This document shows positions 1-13,553 of a stretch of 64,000 nt of DNA, piece after piece. The notes beneath the pieces are model-generated. The model had not been told where the DNA came from. It searched no databases and saw nothing but the letters and a program-made list of their open reading frames with translations. The stretch covers positions 682,001-746,000 of the forward strand of contig VJWM01000025.1 in assembly GCA_010909165.1 (NCBI GenBank), given 5' to 3'. The position numbers and the translations under genes are program-made. How positions within the stretch are numbered: the first letter of the stretch is position 1; the number at the start of each line of letters is the position of its first letter. Origin of the DNA: Anthoceros angustus (taxonomy: Eukaryota > Plantae > Anthocerotophyta).

Positions 1-3000
1 TATGTGGCCAAGGTGCACATGCTCGCCACGAGGAGGAGGAAGAGGATCGCTGGAGGATACCTACCGATCCGTGAGGTTTCCAGGACAACAAGATTCAAGA
101 CCGCCCATCCATCGATGCTGCGAAATTCCATGGGGGCATTCGTAACAACCAAGTGCCTGTGGTTGCTAACCAAGCAACGGGTGGTTCAACAATCAGAGGG
201 GCTTTGGTCATTATGCAAATAGCTGTTCATCGAACAAGACAGCCAATGGTGACTACGAACGTGCAAGACCGCAAACAACAGGTCATGTAGCGGGAGTGTC
301 ACTTGCCCAAACCGAGGTCGCTCAATTGCTCAACCACCGTGATGGGGTTCAAGCAGCATCCCAAGGAGCATGCAGCCATGCACGTGGAGGATGCCCTTAT
401 GGTCGCTTTGGGAGGATGCGGAAGCCATGGTGTGGGGAGCTAGATGGACTGGGGGCAGGAGGAGACTACTACGGAGAGGTCAGCATGCATGCGCACTAGG
501 AATGAAAAGCTAGGAGGAAGTCATGGAAGAAGAAAGAGACGGAGGTGCAATCACCACAAAGTCAAGAGAGCACTCCAAGCCCGGAGGGAACGGATCTAGA
601 GGAGACACTTGAGAAGGAGAACCCAGAAGGAAGAATCAAGGAGTGAATCGCCTGGGGCCATGCTGGAGAAGAAGAAGTTCCAAAGAAAAGGGAGAGGAAC
701 CCGAGTTTCCACCGGACGGCCGGAAGTCATGGAGATGATAGAGGAGGAATTGACCAAGACAAAACCGAGCTCGTGATCCCGAGACGCAGAAGTCCTCCGG
801 TTAGCAACCGCGCTAAGGCGGCCGCAGCTAAGCAACCGACGTTGTTGCTAAGGGAGCAACCGCGATCGTTGGGGGAAGGAGGGACCGATCGAGGACCATT
901 TAACCTTGCCAAGCCATCATGGATCGCAATTTGCTATCACGTTTGGTCAACTATTGAAGGACAACCAAGTAGTGCAACAAGTTCGGAGGGCCTTGCAAGA
1001 AGCGCAACCCAAGAGGAAGAGGCGATTGCCCAAGCCAGACCAAGGGTGCCGACCTACCAACCTAGTGTCCATGATAGACCAAGGGCCGGAGTCGCAAGTG
1101 GAGATCACCGGTCATTATCAAGCGGGTTCCCTTGGATACCGGATCCGGTGAACATCATGACGGAAGGGATAGCAAGGAAGCTTGGGTTGGACATTGAGCA
1201 TACCACAAGGTCCGAGATTACCGACATGTCAAAAATGCACTGTGGGAGAATCAAGGAGTAACCACCATCATAGGGACCATTCCCTATCTCATGGACTATG
1301 TGGTTATCCAAGACAAGGCGCCTGTGGTACGACATCCTATTGGGAAGGACTGTCAGATGGCTCAAGATGCAAGATGACTTGGGGAGGAAGGAAGTGGCTT
1401 TTAAGCCAATGGATTGGGACCCCAAGACGAAGGAGGCCGAATTTGTTTGAGTTGGAGCAGGATACCTCTGGGGAGACTCCTACAGAACGGAAGGATACAC
1501 ATCGGTGGAGAAACATCCGACTGGAGGAAGAAGGAGGGAATCGGACAAATTTCCTTTTGCACATATCGCATGGTCGATGAGGAGGAAGAGTATAGGAGGG
1601 ATATCCCTTACTCCCTCAATTTGGTGGACCGCTGGTTCATGGAGGACCGCATCAGGAGGAGACAAAGAACTATAACGAGGCGGTTAAGGAAGCATCACCG
1701 ATTCTCAGGTTGCTAAGGAAGGACTGAGGACAACAAGAACAGAAGAGGGTGAGCCAGGATCATTCGATTCACCTCCGAGGACCTATTTAGGGAGTGGGGA
1801 TGAGGGAAGAGGACCTCGTGAACCGGAGGAAGGGTTTGGTGAGAGTTCAAGACCCGTGGAGCGAGAATGGGTACAAGCGACGAGATTAAGGATGTGGAGG
1901 TATTGCCCGAAGGTGCTGAAGTTTGCACGATACCTGGAACCAGCGTTGGAAGAAGGAATGAAACAGCCTCCTCGAGTTCATCGACGTGTTTGCCTTGAGG
2001 TGATGATATATGAAGGGATTCCCAAGAAGTGGGGAGCATAGGATCGATTTGGAGCCGTGGAGCGACTCGAATTCCCAATACAAGTGAACCCAAAGTACTC
2101 ACAAGGTGAAGGAGCAGCTTGAATTGTACTTGAAGGCGACGCCATCTATCCAATCGTCACGGAGTGGGTGGCTCCAATTGTTGTGGTTCAAGAAGCACCG
2201 GAAAGATTCGAGTATGCCAAGACCGGAGGAAGCTCAACAAAGCAACCAAGAAGGACCATTCCCTCGCCATTCATCGACAACATCCCGGACTTGGTGGTGG
2301 AAGATGTGTGTACTGCCTTGACCTGCACTGGGTACAATCACCGCACTTGAGGGAGAGTGACTGCCTCAAGCCTTCACACGGATTGGGGACCTTCGCTTAC
2401 AAGAGGAGTGCGTTCGGATTGACGGGCACGTTCCTTCATGCGAGCATGGTTGAGATCTTCAAGGAGTATCTCCACAAGTTCATGGAGGTATTCCTAGATG
2501 ATTTTGTGTGTTTGGGAGTGTGGAGGAGCACCGGATCACTTGCGGCTTGGCGAGGTGTCGTGAAACTCAACTTTGCCTACATCCCGAGAAATGCTACTTT
2601 GGCATGCGGAGGGATTTTGTTGGGGCATGTAATTTCAAAGACGAGGCATCAAGTTGATCCGCATAAGGTGAAGATGATTGTTGCCCGAAGCCCAACAACT
2701 CTCAAGGAACTCCGGGGTTCCTTGGCATGGTGGGCTACTACGCTTTGTGCCTAACTTTGCTAGGAGGGCTGCTCCGACCAGCTTGTTGAGGAAGGACCAA
2801 GAGTGGACCGGACACCGAGAGGAGGCAGATTCAAGATTTGAGGACCACGTTGGTAACAGCCCCAACCCTCAAGGGAGGACCGAACAAGAAGTTCCATGTA
2901 CGTGATGTTTCCGCCGCCATTGGTACGCCTTGAGCCTGGATGACAAGAAGAGGGACTACCCAATCTACTACGCAGAGCAACTCACCGATGCGGAGCGCAA

Positions 3001-5539
3001 GTACACAACAACGAAAGGGAAGCCCTTGGGATGGTGTATTCGAAGAAGTTTCGTCATTATCTCCTCTCCTATGAGTTTGTGTTCCATGTTGACCATTTTG
3101 CTCTCAAGCATCTTGTCAACAAGGCGGATCTTCGTCGCATAGCTCGTTGGATCTTCTGCTGTAAGAGTTCACATTCACGGTGGAGACACGTGAGGGGAAG
3201 AAGCATGTGAATGCGACTACTTGTCCCGCTTGAAGACGGAGAAGGTGGAGCGTGATCAAGAAGATCATTTTCCGGATGAAGCTTTCTTCGAGGAGGAAGA
3301 GGAGAGTGCTAGGCCCAATGCCAAGTTGATCGAAACGGAGGTACAAACCAAATGAGAAGGGAGGGAGAAGTTCGTGCCAGCCTATGAGGAGGTCTTTCGC
3401 TTTTAGCAATGTCGATATAAACTGCCAACAAAGAATGAGGTTGTTTCTATACTTCCGCACTGTTAAGCGCGAGACAAGCCGCATGGTAGGGCCGATGGAG
3501 TTGAGAGGTTGTGGGTCAAGGATGGTCAAAAGGACCGGGTTCTCGCCTTGCATGAGGAGGAGGCCGGAGGTCACTACGCCAACGTGACTGTAAGAAGATC
3601 TTGCAGGCGGTATTGGTGGCCAACCTTGCACATAGATGCTAGGGAGTTCATCAAGCCAGGATGCATGTCAAAGGGTTGAAGCCAACCAGACCACACAAAG
3701 GGCCATTGGTCCCTATCCTAGCCTTGGCGCCTTTGAAAAGTGGGGATAGACTTCATAATGATTACCCAAGACCAAGGGAACCAAAATCAATATATTCGGT
3801 AGCAACGGACCACTGCGCATGGTGGAAGCTCAAGCCTTGCCGTGGACACAAATGTGGTGGCAGTTCTTGTTTGAGTACATCATTACAAGGTACGGTGCTG
3901 GAATTGGTTAGCGACAGTACCCATTTCATCAACGAGGTGATCTCACACATGGTGAAGTACTTCAACATCAGCCACAGGAAGACCACCCCTACAACCCCAA
4001 GGCGAATGGACTCACGGAGAAAGCTAATGGATTGCTTTGCAGATCCTCAACAAGTTGACCATCACCTACACCTACGATTGGGACCGGAAGCTTCACTCGG
4101 CCAGGGCGACAGATGTGGAGAAGGTGACCACACAATGACTCTACTACCTCACCTATGGGCACTCACCACCATGCCCATTGAGTTTGAAGTGCCAACGTTG
4201 AGAGTCCAAGAGCATAAGAGGATGACGGTGGAGGAGAGCTTGGAGAGGCTCATAGGCTTTGTTCAGACATGGAGGACAGGAACAAGCCTTGGCGTCCCGT
4301 AACGCCCAAGAGAAGAGGAAGGAATGGCATGACCTAAGTCGCAAAAACAAGAGTACGTTGTTCCGGGACTTGGCGTTCAGATGACAACAGTACATGCACT
4401 TCGGAAGTCGATCTTAGATGGATGGGTCCCTGCTGTGCAAGTTCGACAATGGATCCATACAACAGAAACTTGATGGACTCGCTACAACTGTGGTCAATGG
4501 TTGGCGCGTGAAGAAGTATTACCAATAAGTTGGCGGGGACGCCAACAAATGAGAAGGGGAGTATGTGGTGACCACATGGGTACTGCACCCCTGAAAGGAG
4601 TGTTTTTTTTGTTTTGTGTTTAAGTTGCGAGAATCGTGTGGAGTTGGAATGTGAAGTAGGTTAGGAAATAAAGAAAAGTCTACTAGAGCCTAGTAGGAGG
4701 AAGAGAGTCTAGTCCCGATCCCGGATGTAACCTGAGGGTTGGTCGTCTCGCTAACGCTGTGCTAGGGCCGTTGCTAGGGCTGCTATGACCACAACCGACT
4801 CGGAGCCTGCTATGGTAGCAACCAAGTTGGAGTTTCTTTCGATGACTTGGAAAATCCAATCGATGGAATCACAAGGAATACCCAAACGGAAGTAACGGGG
4901 TCCTATTGGCAATTAAGTCCGATGGCGGGAAGAGTATTTGCATCGAATCCAGCGGATCGAAGACGGCCACGGAATTCGAGCGACGGTGGAGGCCGGAGCG
5001 AACGCCGGACGGATGCAAGGCGAGTCGCATGACGCGGGTCGCCAGGCAACGAGCGCGCCAGCAGAGACCAAACCGGTTTGGCAGGATTGAGAGGGCCGGA
5101 GGAAGCGAGCGCAAACTGAGGCGGCAGCGAGGCGCGAATGAAGGTCTGTGGAGAACGCCAGTGGCGGGGCAATGGGAGGTGGGCAGCGGCCGAAATCGCA
5201 CCGCGAGTGGGGAGTAATCGCCGTGCAACTCGGAGAAGGCTAGGCGGCGTGTGGCGAGTGCCGCAGGAAGCTAACAAGAGCGGGGGCAAGTCGGATAGGC
5301 AGTGAAGGGGGCCAACTGCCCGCAGAAAGAGAAGTGTGCAACGGCAGTGAATCGAGGCACGCACTGGGAGGTCGCGGCATGTGACAAAGCGCACTAGGGC
5401 CGCTCAACCGTGGTTGCAGGATACACCTCCAAGCCTCATACAACCGAGGTAGGTGACAGCACGATCGCCCGAGCCGAGGCGGAGGTGTAGCCGTGGGGTT
5501 TCAATTCAGAGGAGCCGGCCAAGTCAATAGTAACGGGCT

Positions 5540-7260
5540 GAAGCATAGACGGCAGCGGACACCTTTGCCTGACTAAGCTTGTGTCATAGGACAGGAGCAT
5601 GGCACTAAGAAGAACCCTCCGTCGCCATTGAGGCCATTACGACGCCCAATGGCCCAATATGGGGCACCGGAGAGTGAAGGGGTCTTTGGTGGCTAAGCAT
5701 CACGTCCTTCATGGACAAAAAGTGGTGCTACAATAGCCCCACGTTGGTTTTGGAGTGTGAGCGCATGAGGGAGAAGGCCATTGGGGAAGGCAACGTGAGG
5801 ACCAACCCCGCACTGGAATATTCATTGCTCCGCCGTTATGAGAGACCAAGAGGAATGTGGCGGGATAATCATTGACCTTTCAGAAACCATCTCCTCAAAA
5901 GTGAGGCACAAGCGGTCATTGCTCCCACATTGTCTAGAGTGGAGAATGGCTGGGTCACCAACAAGCTAGACCTCGAAATGGCCGGATTAGCCAGTGGATC
6001 CTGCTCTCGGCTCACTAAGAAGACACATTGACCATTTCCTTGTCTTTCTATGAGGTGGTGAGAGGGTCCAAGATAGATTGGGCCAGGATGTTCTATGACA
6101 CAACAGTGTGAGAGGGACCACTTGACCCTACCATCACCTAGCCCCTCACTCTATCTCCCTTCTTAATCCACGTTTTGACCATGCCAGTTGCCGGAGGGAA
6201 TGGAGATGGTCTCACCTTTCATTTGGAGGCCGTGTTTGAAAGAAGGAAGCCCAAAGAGGAGTCGAGGAAGAGGCCATCTCAGTGGCACCGGGAGTGAAGA
6301 TGAGAAGTCCAAGTGTCCATGAAAGGAATGTGACTGTTAAGGGCACGGTTGCTAAGCAAGCAACAGTTGCTAAGGCCCCAACAGTACCAAGAGGAGCCGG
6401 GAGCAACGGGACTCCAACAACACCTAGAGCCACAAGAGCACGACGGGAGCTCACCGATGTATAAAGACAAGGGCAAGGCCAGGGCAGCACCAATATCCTG
6501 TGAGCCCGTGGGAAACCACAGTCAACAGGAGGAATCACCCCAACCCTTGGGCACACCGAGCCGATCCGAGAAAGTCACTACTGCTCAAGGGGTGGCTTTC
6601 AAGTATACCCGAAGTTGTGACAGGGGCCACCCCAGATAGGAAGGAGGAGCCCATTCCCAAGAAGGTTTTGGGACCTAACATCACCCCACAGAGTTGGTTT
6701 CAGCTATGGCACGCACTAGAGATGGAAGATCGATAGCTCGTCCTCTCCTTGTTAGGTTTACAGCGCAAGGGAAGCAACAGGGGAGCAATGGAGGAGCTCC
6801 AAGATGAAGAAGGAGAAGGAGGTTTTGGAGGGACGCCTTAGCATGGAAGTGGAAATAGGAAGGTCCGAGAGAGTTGCAAGTCTAAGGACCAGAAGCCCTC
6901 ATGGCTCGCCTCCGACACAAGCACCATAGGAGAGCTGCAGAATGTTATTTCGGATGCACAAGTGCCGAAACCGGATGCCTCGGCGCCACAGAAGGAGAGG
7001 GACGAGGCTAGGAAAGGTGGAAGGAGGCCAAGAGGGCTGTGATTGCAAGGAGGGCCACCGTGGAAGATGCGAGGCTCCATGGAAGAATCTGAGTTAGCAG
7101 AGGAGGTTAAGCAAGCAACCGCCGTTGCTAGGGAAGCAACAGCCTGCACTGCTAAGGGAAGCAACAGTAAGCTCCAAGACCAAAGCCACAAGGAAGAAGG
7201 GGCAACAAGACGTGGAGGAGGACAACAGCTGGGGAGCGGGTAAGCACCGCCTAAGAAGTC
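5540..7260 (+). pseudogene. Degenerate extra ORF(s) between integrase and 3' LTR (Athila/Tat-like accessory protein, then charged/coiled-coil region)
   Basis: Readable peptide remnants G-S-K-I-D-W-A-R-M-F-Y-D-Q (~6064-6102) and L-S-P-F-L-I-H-V (~6151-6174); E/K-rich coding-like sequence 6750-7240. Confidence 0.45.
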
Positions 7261-7964
7261 TAACTTCCCAATGGTGCATTAGATTGAGGGATGCTTATCA
7301 AGATAATCATGTGCCCGGATTCTCCTTGGCTGGAGAGAAGATTGTCACCGAAAGTTTATGTTGTTGTGGGCATGGGGGACATGGAGGTACTTGATCCATG
7401 CCTTGACGGCACGGATCCTACCTATGGGTTGGACTCTTACGAGGAGACTCACCACCATCCAGATTCAAGAGCTCACCGAGGAGGAGTACTGCGCGAGCAC
7501 AAGAGAGGGAGGAGTCCATCGAGGAGGTGGAGATTTTGTGGGAGAGATTGCCCAACCAGCCAAGAGGGAAGAGCAAGAGGAGAACATGGGCTAGGCGGCC
7601 TAGGAGGCCTGTGAGGGATAATAGGGTAAGTGGCCTCAAATAGATGAAGGCCCATGTGTTATAGATCAATCTTCCTCATAGTGGATAGAATTAAGAGATA
7701 GGCCTCTAGGATTGGTAGGCTAAGACCGATTGGTATTTTTGGCAAGCCAAGCTACTTTGTGGGTGATCTTGGGTATAAGAGGCAGCCTCTTGATGAAATG
7801 TAAGCAATGTTGGCCTAAAGTCTCGGTGTTTGGGGTGAGCACGGGGTTTGGGGGTACGATCCAGGCTTGAGTCTAGGCACTCGTCCTGTGAGGAGCCGAG
7901 AAGACTACTGTTGCCCAGATCCGTGTGACCGATCCGCAAGAGTGGTGGAAAGCAAGGAGGGAAC

Positions 7965-8701
7965 TGTGGTCTCCTTGGGGAGTTCCCAAGGATAAGAGGA
8001 AGGGGTTGTGAAGCCGGGAGGCTGTCCATTCCTTACTCATTCCCTTGCCTTGTCTAGTACTCACCTTGTGTTTGAGTTTTCAGGTGTCGGAGGTCATGTG
8101 GAAAAGGAGACAAGGCGGGAGCCTGTGGGTGGAAGAGAAGGTCAAGTGAGACGGAACCTGGGTTTGTATGCTTGGAAAATGTGAGCGAAAAGTGAACTGT
8201 GAGAGGAGTGGAAAATGCCGGACATGGAGAGTTGCCGATTGGCTGGAGAGAAGTAAGAGGGATTGAGAAGACTGTAGTGATGTTTCGAGAAAGTGGAGAT
8301 TGAATGAGGCCGTGAGGTGTGAGAACAAGGAGCGGAAGGGGTTGCAGAGGAACTTGGGGAGTATGGAGAGAGAGGCAAGAGGTACCTGTGAGCCGTGAGA
8401 GCCTGGGAGGACTGTATGAAGCTTGGGGAGGAAAGCTGAAAGGTTGGAGGGAAGAAAGAGAGATCCGGGGAAGTGTTAGAGTAAGGAGGTGTGTGAGCAA
8501 CCCCGATTGGTGGATCGACTTTGTGGAAGGATAAGAGAGAGGGTGTCCAATCTTATCCACTTGGACCCCAAGTGGGCCCCCACCCTTCTATTAATAGCCG
8601 CGAACCCGAGATGGGCCCCTGCTAAAATAGAGGGTGGTTGCTAAGATAGCAACTGTCCGTTGCTAAGGTAGCAACAGGGTCGCGTGGCTAAGATAGCCAC
8701 A
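7965..8701 (+). repeat. Putative 3' LTR of the gypsy element (~737 bp)
   Basis: Begins TGTGG right after a purine-rich tract (GGAAAGCAAGGAGGGAAC, PPT-like) and ends CCACA (5-bp inverted termini); partner LTR not in window so unverified. Confidence 0.55.
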
Positions 8702-8884
8702 GTGTCCGAGTGTTGTTAGGATAGTAGCTTGGTCTCAGAGTCGCTAGATGTTTTGTATGTCGTGTTTGGATTGGCTATGTTTTGGTTGTCTTGACACGAA
8801 ATCACTCCCTTGGGTACGAATCTCAAGTCTACAACGATAAAGAGGGTAAATGTGGCCTCTTTGTGACCACTTGGTTTAGAAAAT

Positions 8885-10187
8885 CCTCCACGGATCGCTA
8901 AATCTTTAACCCTTCCCGCAAATGGGCCACACCTTCCGCTTGCAGGATGTGACACCGCTCCCCTTCTTGTCCCTGTTACCATGCATGCATGGATGAGGCA
9001 GGAGGCGCCGGCGCCTCCCTTAGCACCACCGTCGGCATGCCGAGTTAGTGGGGGCCAGGCCAGCGCCTCCCCAGCACACCACCCATGGGCCGGCCAGCGC
9101 CCTTCCTCCCCAACACGCCCGCCCGCCCGCCCGCCCGCCCGCCTACCGCCCGCCCGCCTACCCCGCCCGCCCGCCACCTCACGCCCATGGCCAGCCGGCG
9201 CCATCTCCCCAACACGCCATGCCGCCATGGCGCCGGCCGCCGCGCCATCCCTTCCCCCAACACGCCCGCCTACCCCGCCCGCCGCCTCCCATCTGGGCTC
9301 CTCATAGACTGTCTTTAAGAAAATCAATATTTAGCAGCTCAAGACTCTTGCAACTTGGGACCGTTTGGTCAAGTGCTTCGTAAAAAGGTGGAGTAATGAG
9401 TAGGTTCCGTATTCGAAACCTATATCTTTTTAATAACCCAACTTTGTTGATTTTAAGGACGCTTGCATGGGCAAATGGGCAATCAACTTTGTTCATTTTA
9501 AGGACGTTGGCATTGCCTTAAAGCCCAAGTGGTTGCATTGAGTGCCAGAAGGTTGAAGACTACGATTGGCGAGCTTTTGGATGAGGGTCAGCAGACCCTA
9601 AATGTTGTGTGGCAGTCGACACCATCGTAATGGGCCCACCTTAAGGGAATTGATACTAATAGATACGAGCAAGCATTGGAGGAGAATGACAGCGACGAGT
9701 GATATGGACCGTGATTTGCAAAATCTGGTGGTTCTTGACTTTCCGATGCAAAGGCATGGAGTGAACAAGTCGCTAGGCCGCACTCTTGAATGACTATTGT
9801 CGATACTGATGACCACTTCCTCCTTTAGCAGTTGTTTGTTGCAATGTTCTCACGACCACTGAAATGAGACTCCCGCTAGTACAAGATTGTTTTCATTGTG
9901 TTCCACCACTTGAAAGCAAAAGTTTTTGGTTGTAGTAAACATATGAAAATGGCAGCCCTCTATACATTCTACAAAAATGCAGACGGGCCCACACCCTACT
10001 GTGCTCTAGTTCTTGAGTGTAGACTTGAAAGTGTGTCTTTTATCAAAGGTATGGGCTCAAAAAGGGTGTGCGTATTATCAAAGTAGGGCAGATATGCTGT
10101 TGCAGGAAGGGTGTACATCGTGACAAGGGGGTGCTATCTCGATCGAAGGGGGTTACTGTATTCCCCCCCTTCAAAAATTATCATGTT
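8885..10187 (-). mobile_element. Partial second copy of the TIR DNA transposon at 59271-61208
   Basis: ~9523-10187 is the reverse complement of ~59271-59930 and ends exactly at the TIR (...CCCCCTTCAAAAATTATCATGTT); 8885-8960 matches 59990-60055; extra GC-rich insert 8990-9300. Confidence 0.75.
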
Positions 10188-10364
10188 GAAGGCGAACATG
10201 AAAATTATTGGCTTGCAGAATCCCTAGCTACAACAATGACTGAGCATCTAAACCCTAAACAACACCAGAAATGATCAGTCCAGGCGGCCCTCGGGATCCA
10301 CCATATACCCCCGAGTCTACAAGTGATTTGCTACGGGTAGTGGAAACCATACATGTCTCAAACC

Positions 10365-11880
10365 TCATTCAACCAATTCCACCAAGTGCTGAAGTAGTCC
10401 AGCCACAGATGTGGGCCACCTGTTGAAGTCCAGCCAAGGATCCAGGCAATGAAGGCTCATAATCTCAAATGTCTTGTAGGGTCCGGAGGGAAGCCACCTC
10501 CAAGCCCCAGGCGTCTTCCGCAAATCCAGAGCCACAATCTTGTCCTGCTTCGGGCGCGTGATGTACACACAGAAGTCACACGCGAACCATGATCTGATTC
10601 TTTGGAATTTAAGCATTTGTACCAGTCAGTGAAAATGCAAGCGGGCATGGCATCCACCACAATCCAGGTCATGCGCTGGACATCCAACTCCCAAATCTGC
10701 AAACATAGTTTGCATCTCCGCTCGCGCTCTTGGCCTACAGCCACGCATAACATCCGGTCTCGCACGTTGATGAGGTTGCAATAAAAGATTTCGAAGTGAC
10801 CCGAAGGCGTGGACAAGCCCAACCGGCTCCGGTGGCGTTCGGTCGTGGGCCGGTCAGATCTCCATAGATGCATTCTCCGGCAATGCAGTAGAACACGGTA
10901 CCAACAAACACCCCGTGGTCACTCTGCCTATCGTTAAAGTATACGTCCTCGACGGTGGGCACTGCATGGGCTGTCTCACTCCACCTGCCTAGCGCGGAAT
11001 CAAAGACAAAGGTGGACACGGGTTTGCTTAACCCGAAGAAAAACCTAGCAACACGCACCGCTACCACCTTGAAGCGGCGCGCCTCGGTGTCCGCGTACAT
11101 GCCCAACACATGATGGATGTCCAGGTCAGGGGATGGGAGCAGCGGGACGCAGGTGAAAGAGCTCGCCACCGGGTTCACCAAGAACGGGAACATTATGTTC
11201 CCTCTTTTCGTTTCGATCATGGTGGACAGCAGCATGCCGCCGCCGCCGCCTGATTGCGACCCATAGTTGAGCCACTCCCGTTATCTCGCACCCACGGTGG
11301 GAGTTTATTTCGTACCAGCGGTCGGCCGGGGTCGTGACACCAGGGCCATGCTCACGGATCCTACTACGAAGAGCGGTCCGCGCTCCACACTCAAGATTCC
11401 AACCGCTCTTGCAACAACGAGGGTGACAGGGATGCTGCCACCACATTCCACTCTCTACACAATGCACTTGGCCGGGCTCACCACCGCAGTACCGAGCACG
11501 GATCTTGAGTCGACACGTCTGCCAGGCTCAGCTCCAAACAACTTCATCCTCATGGCACGGAACTGGCCTCCACGTCTTGAGCACTGGTGGATACAACCGT
11601 CCCTGACTGAACACGGATCTTGGCCTCCACATCTTCATCGAACTGGTACACTTAACCGTCCTCTGCAACCTGAACCTGGATCTTGGCCTCCACATTTTCA
11701 TCAGGCACCTCGCTGCATACAACGTCGTCCTCTGCAGCCTGAACCTAGATCTTGGCCTCCACATCTTCAGCCACCTCGCTGCACACAACTTCGTCCTCTG
11801 CATCCATTTGGGACCCTCGCTCCCCCTGAACGGAAGACATGTCCAACCTGCACCTACTGTCACCGAGTTGCATCGCATGA
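10365..11880 (-). pseudogene. F-box protein with C-terminal beta-propeller/kelch-like region, frameshifted
   Basis: Degenerate F-box (DEVVWS...ALCREWN ~11545-11445), then LVNPVASSFTCVPLLP, FKVVAV, TFVFDSALGRW, LQIWELD..RMTW..VDAMP; N-terminal EDVEAKI repeats. Confidence 0.75.
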
Positions 11881-12337
11881 ACTCAATACCAATAGAGTAG
11901 TTCTAGTACAAAAACTACATCGACATGTATGAGCATAAAAGTATTGTATGGACCTCATGCATATATAGACTTTAAAATTGGCAAAATATCGATCTAATTT
12001 TGATCATTATCTACATCAATGGATCCGCTTCCAACATAATTTTTTCATTAATGGGCCACGCCTTGGTAGGTGATAGGATACACGTTCCTTCTTGTCCCCT
12101 AGCTTCACCGCATGCCGAGGTGGTGGTGCTGGGGGCGGCCGGCGGCGCCCTCCCTTAGCAGCACCCATCCGTGCATGCGGGTGATGCATGCGGGTGGCTT
12201 CTTAACTCTCCTCATTAACTCCTCAAGGAGTTAATGACTTAAGTCCTCAAGGAGTCAAGGGTGTCTAGAGGGAGTGAATGCTCTTGGTACAAGTAGCTAA
12301 GGTATCCCGTGGTACAAGTTGTACACTCCATTCTTTT

Positions 12338-12620
12338 AAAGAGTTAAGGAGTCAATAGTCAAAGAGTTAAGGAGTTAAGGAGTCAATAGTCAAAGAGTTA
12401 AGGAGTTAAGGAGTCAATAATCAAAGAGTTAAGGAGTTAAGGAGTCAATAGTCAAAGAGTTAAGGAGTTAAGGAGTCAATAGTCAAAGAGTTAAGGAGTT
12501 AAGGAGTCAATAGTCAAAGAGTTAAGGAGTTAAGGAGTCAATAGTCAAAGAGTTAAGGAGTTAAGGAGTCAATAGTCAAAGAGTTAAGGAGTTAAGGAGT
12601 CAATAGTCAAAGGGTTAAGG
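12338..12620. repeat. Minisatellite, 31-bp unit AAAGAGTTAAGGAGTTAAGGAGTCAATAGTC, 8 full copies plus partials
   Basis: Near-perfect head-to-tail copies at 12361, 12392, ... 12578; related inverted remnant at ~13205-13245. Confidence 0.95.
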
Positions 12621-12741
12621 AAAATCTAGATCCCTATCTCTGGGAAAGTGTGCTTAATAAATCTTCTGGTAATTGAATAGGTATCTAATTTTAAATAATT
12701 AAGGAGGAGAGTTAAGGAAGAGAGATTCCCTTTGTTATTAT

Positions 12742-12870
12742 CGAGTCTCACAGGGCATGGACAAGGACTTCCCAAGGTTATCAAGGCTTGTGCTTAAGCA
12801 TATCACATCCCAAAAAATGGGGTAGGTCTCCCTCTATCTTGTGTGGACCGTGGCTTTCTTTCGGCAATAA
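12742..12870 (+). mobile_element. Highly degenerate RLE/CRE-like LINE endonuclease fragment
   Basis: Similar to the fragments at 29.8 kb and 42.6 kb (E.H..M.KDF.K..KACA.AY...NG...AFFRQ). Confidence 0.45.
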
Positions 12871-13261
12871 CTTTCTTTTAGCAACAAATATTCATCACCG
12901 TGTGTGGTGAATTTCTTTGAGCAACGAGTACCCATCACCCTGCATAGGGCCTTACTCTACTAAACTCTTCAATTTTCAAAATTGCTTTCGAATGCTTTTG
13001 GGGACACTATGAACGTTGGTGGGGACTCAACATCTTGAACTCTATTTGTAAGTAGGCATCTTGGGAGTAGTAGATAACTTCATGGTAAATAATTGCGGGG
13101 CTAGTGCCCTTGGCTTAGGTGCTCTGGAGGGTGGGTGGTTCTCCATTGCCCCGGTGGAGATGGGACTTCTCATCTGTGCATATTTATACAGTCCCACATT
13201 CATCAACTCCTTAACATTTTGACTATTGACTCCTATTAACTCCTTGACGGAAAGGGCGGTA

Positions 13262-13553
13262 GAACTTGTACCATGGTGCACCTAAGCTATATATGTACTT
13301 GCACCAAGGGCATCCACCTAGGCACCCCGCCTAAAAATTGATCCAAGCGCAATTACTTAAACAACGACGTTCTTATAAATGTGTGTCCATAATATTAGGC
13401 ATGTGCGCTTGCAATGGGTACTTAGACGGGGTGCCGAAAGGGAGTAGATGCCCTTGGTGTTAGTAATAGCTTAGGCACACCATGATACAAGTCGTCCAAC
13501 GCCCATGACAGAAATCCCGTCCATAGTGGGCTTCAATAGGATTCTTCTTCTTC
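13262..13553. mobile_element. Head-to-head pair of the short (TTC)n-tailed interspersed repeat
   Basis: 13262-13389 reverse and 13418-13553 forward copies of the consensus seen at 33241-33501; forward copy ends ATTCTTCTTCTTC. Confidence 0.8.

Larger units (their letters stand above)
1..8701 (+). mobile_element. Ty3/gypsy LTR retrotransposon, 3' portion (protease-RT-RNaseH-integrase remnants, extra ORF region, 3' LTR); heavily frameshifted, 5' end outside window
   Basis: RT motifs (APIVVV..K, DRRKLNKATKKDH..P, EVFLDDF, LLGHVISK..VDP.KV) ~2170-2680; RNaseH (DYPIYYA..LTDAERKYTTT) ~2950-3170; integrase (H...GYWWPTL, ELVSD..HFINEVI, ISHRKTTP) ~3540-4300; order RT-RH-INT is gypsy-type. Confidence 0.9.

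Noticed and set aside
8716-9383. Several Pro/Arg/Gly-rich ORFs on both strands
   Set aside because: Low-complexity (GCCC)n DNA lacking stops, inside a transposon copy
8907-12618. piggyBac-like element (TTAACCCTT...AAGGGTTAA) capturing the F-box gene
   Set aside because: Only 5 bp of inverted match, and homology with the 60-kb copy continues past the TTAA, so it is not a terminus
12338-12620. CRISPR-like array (31-bp repeats)
   Set aside because: Head-to-tail units without unique spacers, eukaryotic context, no cas genes
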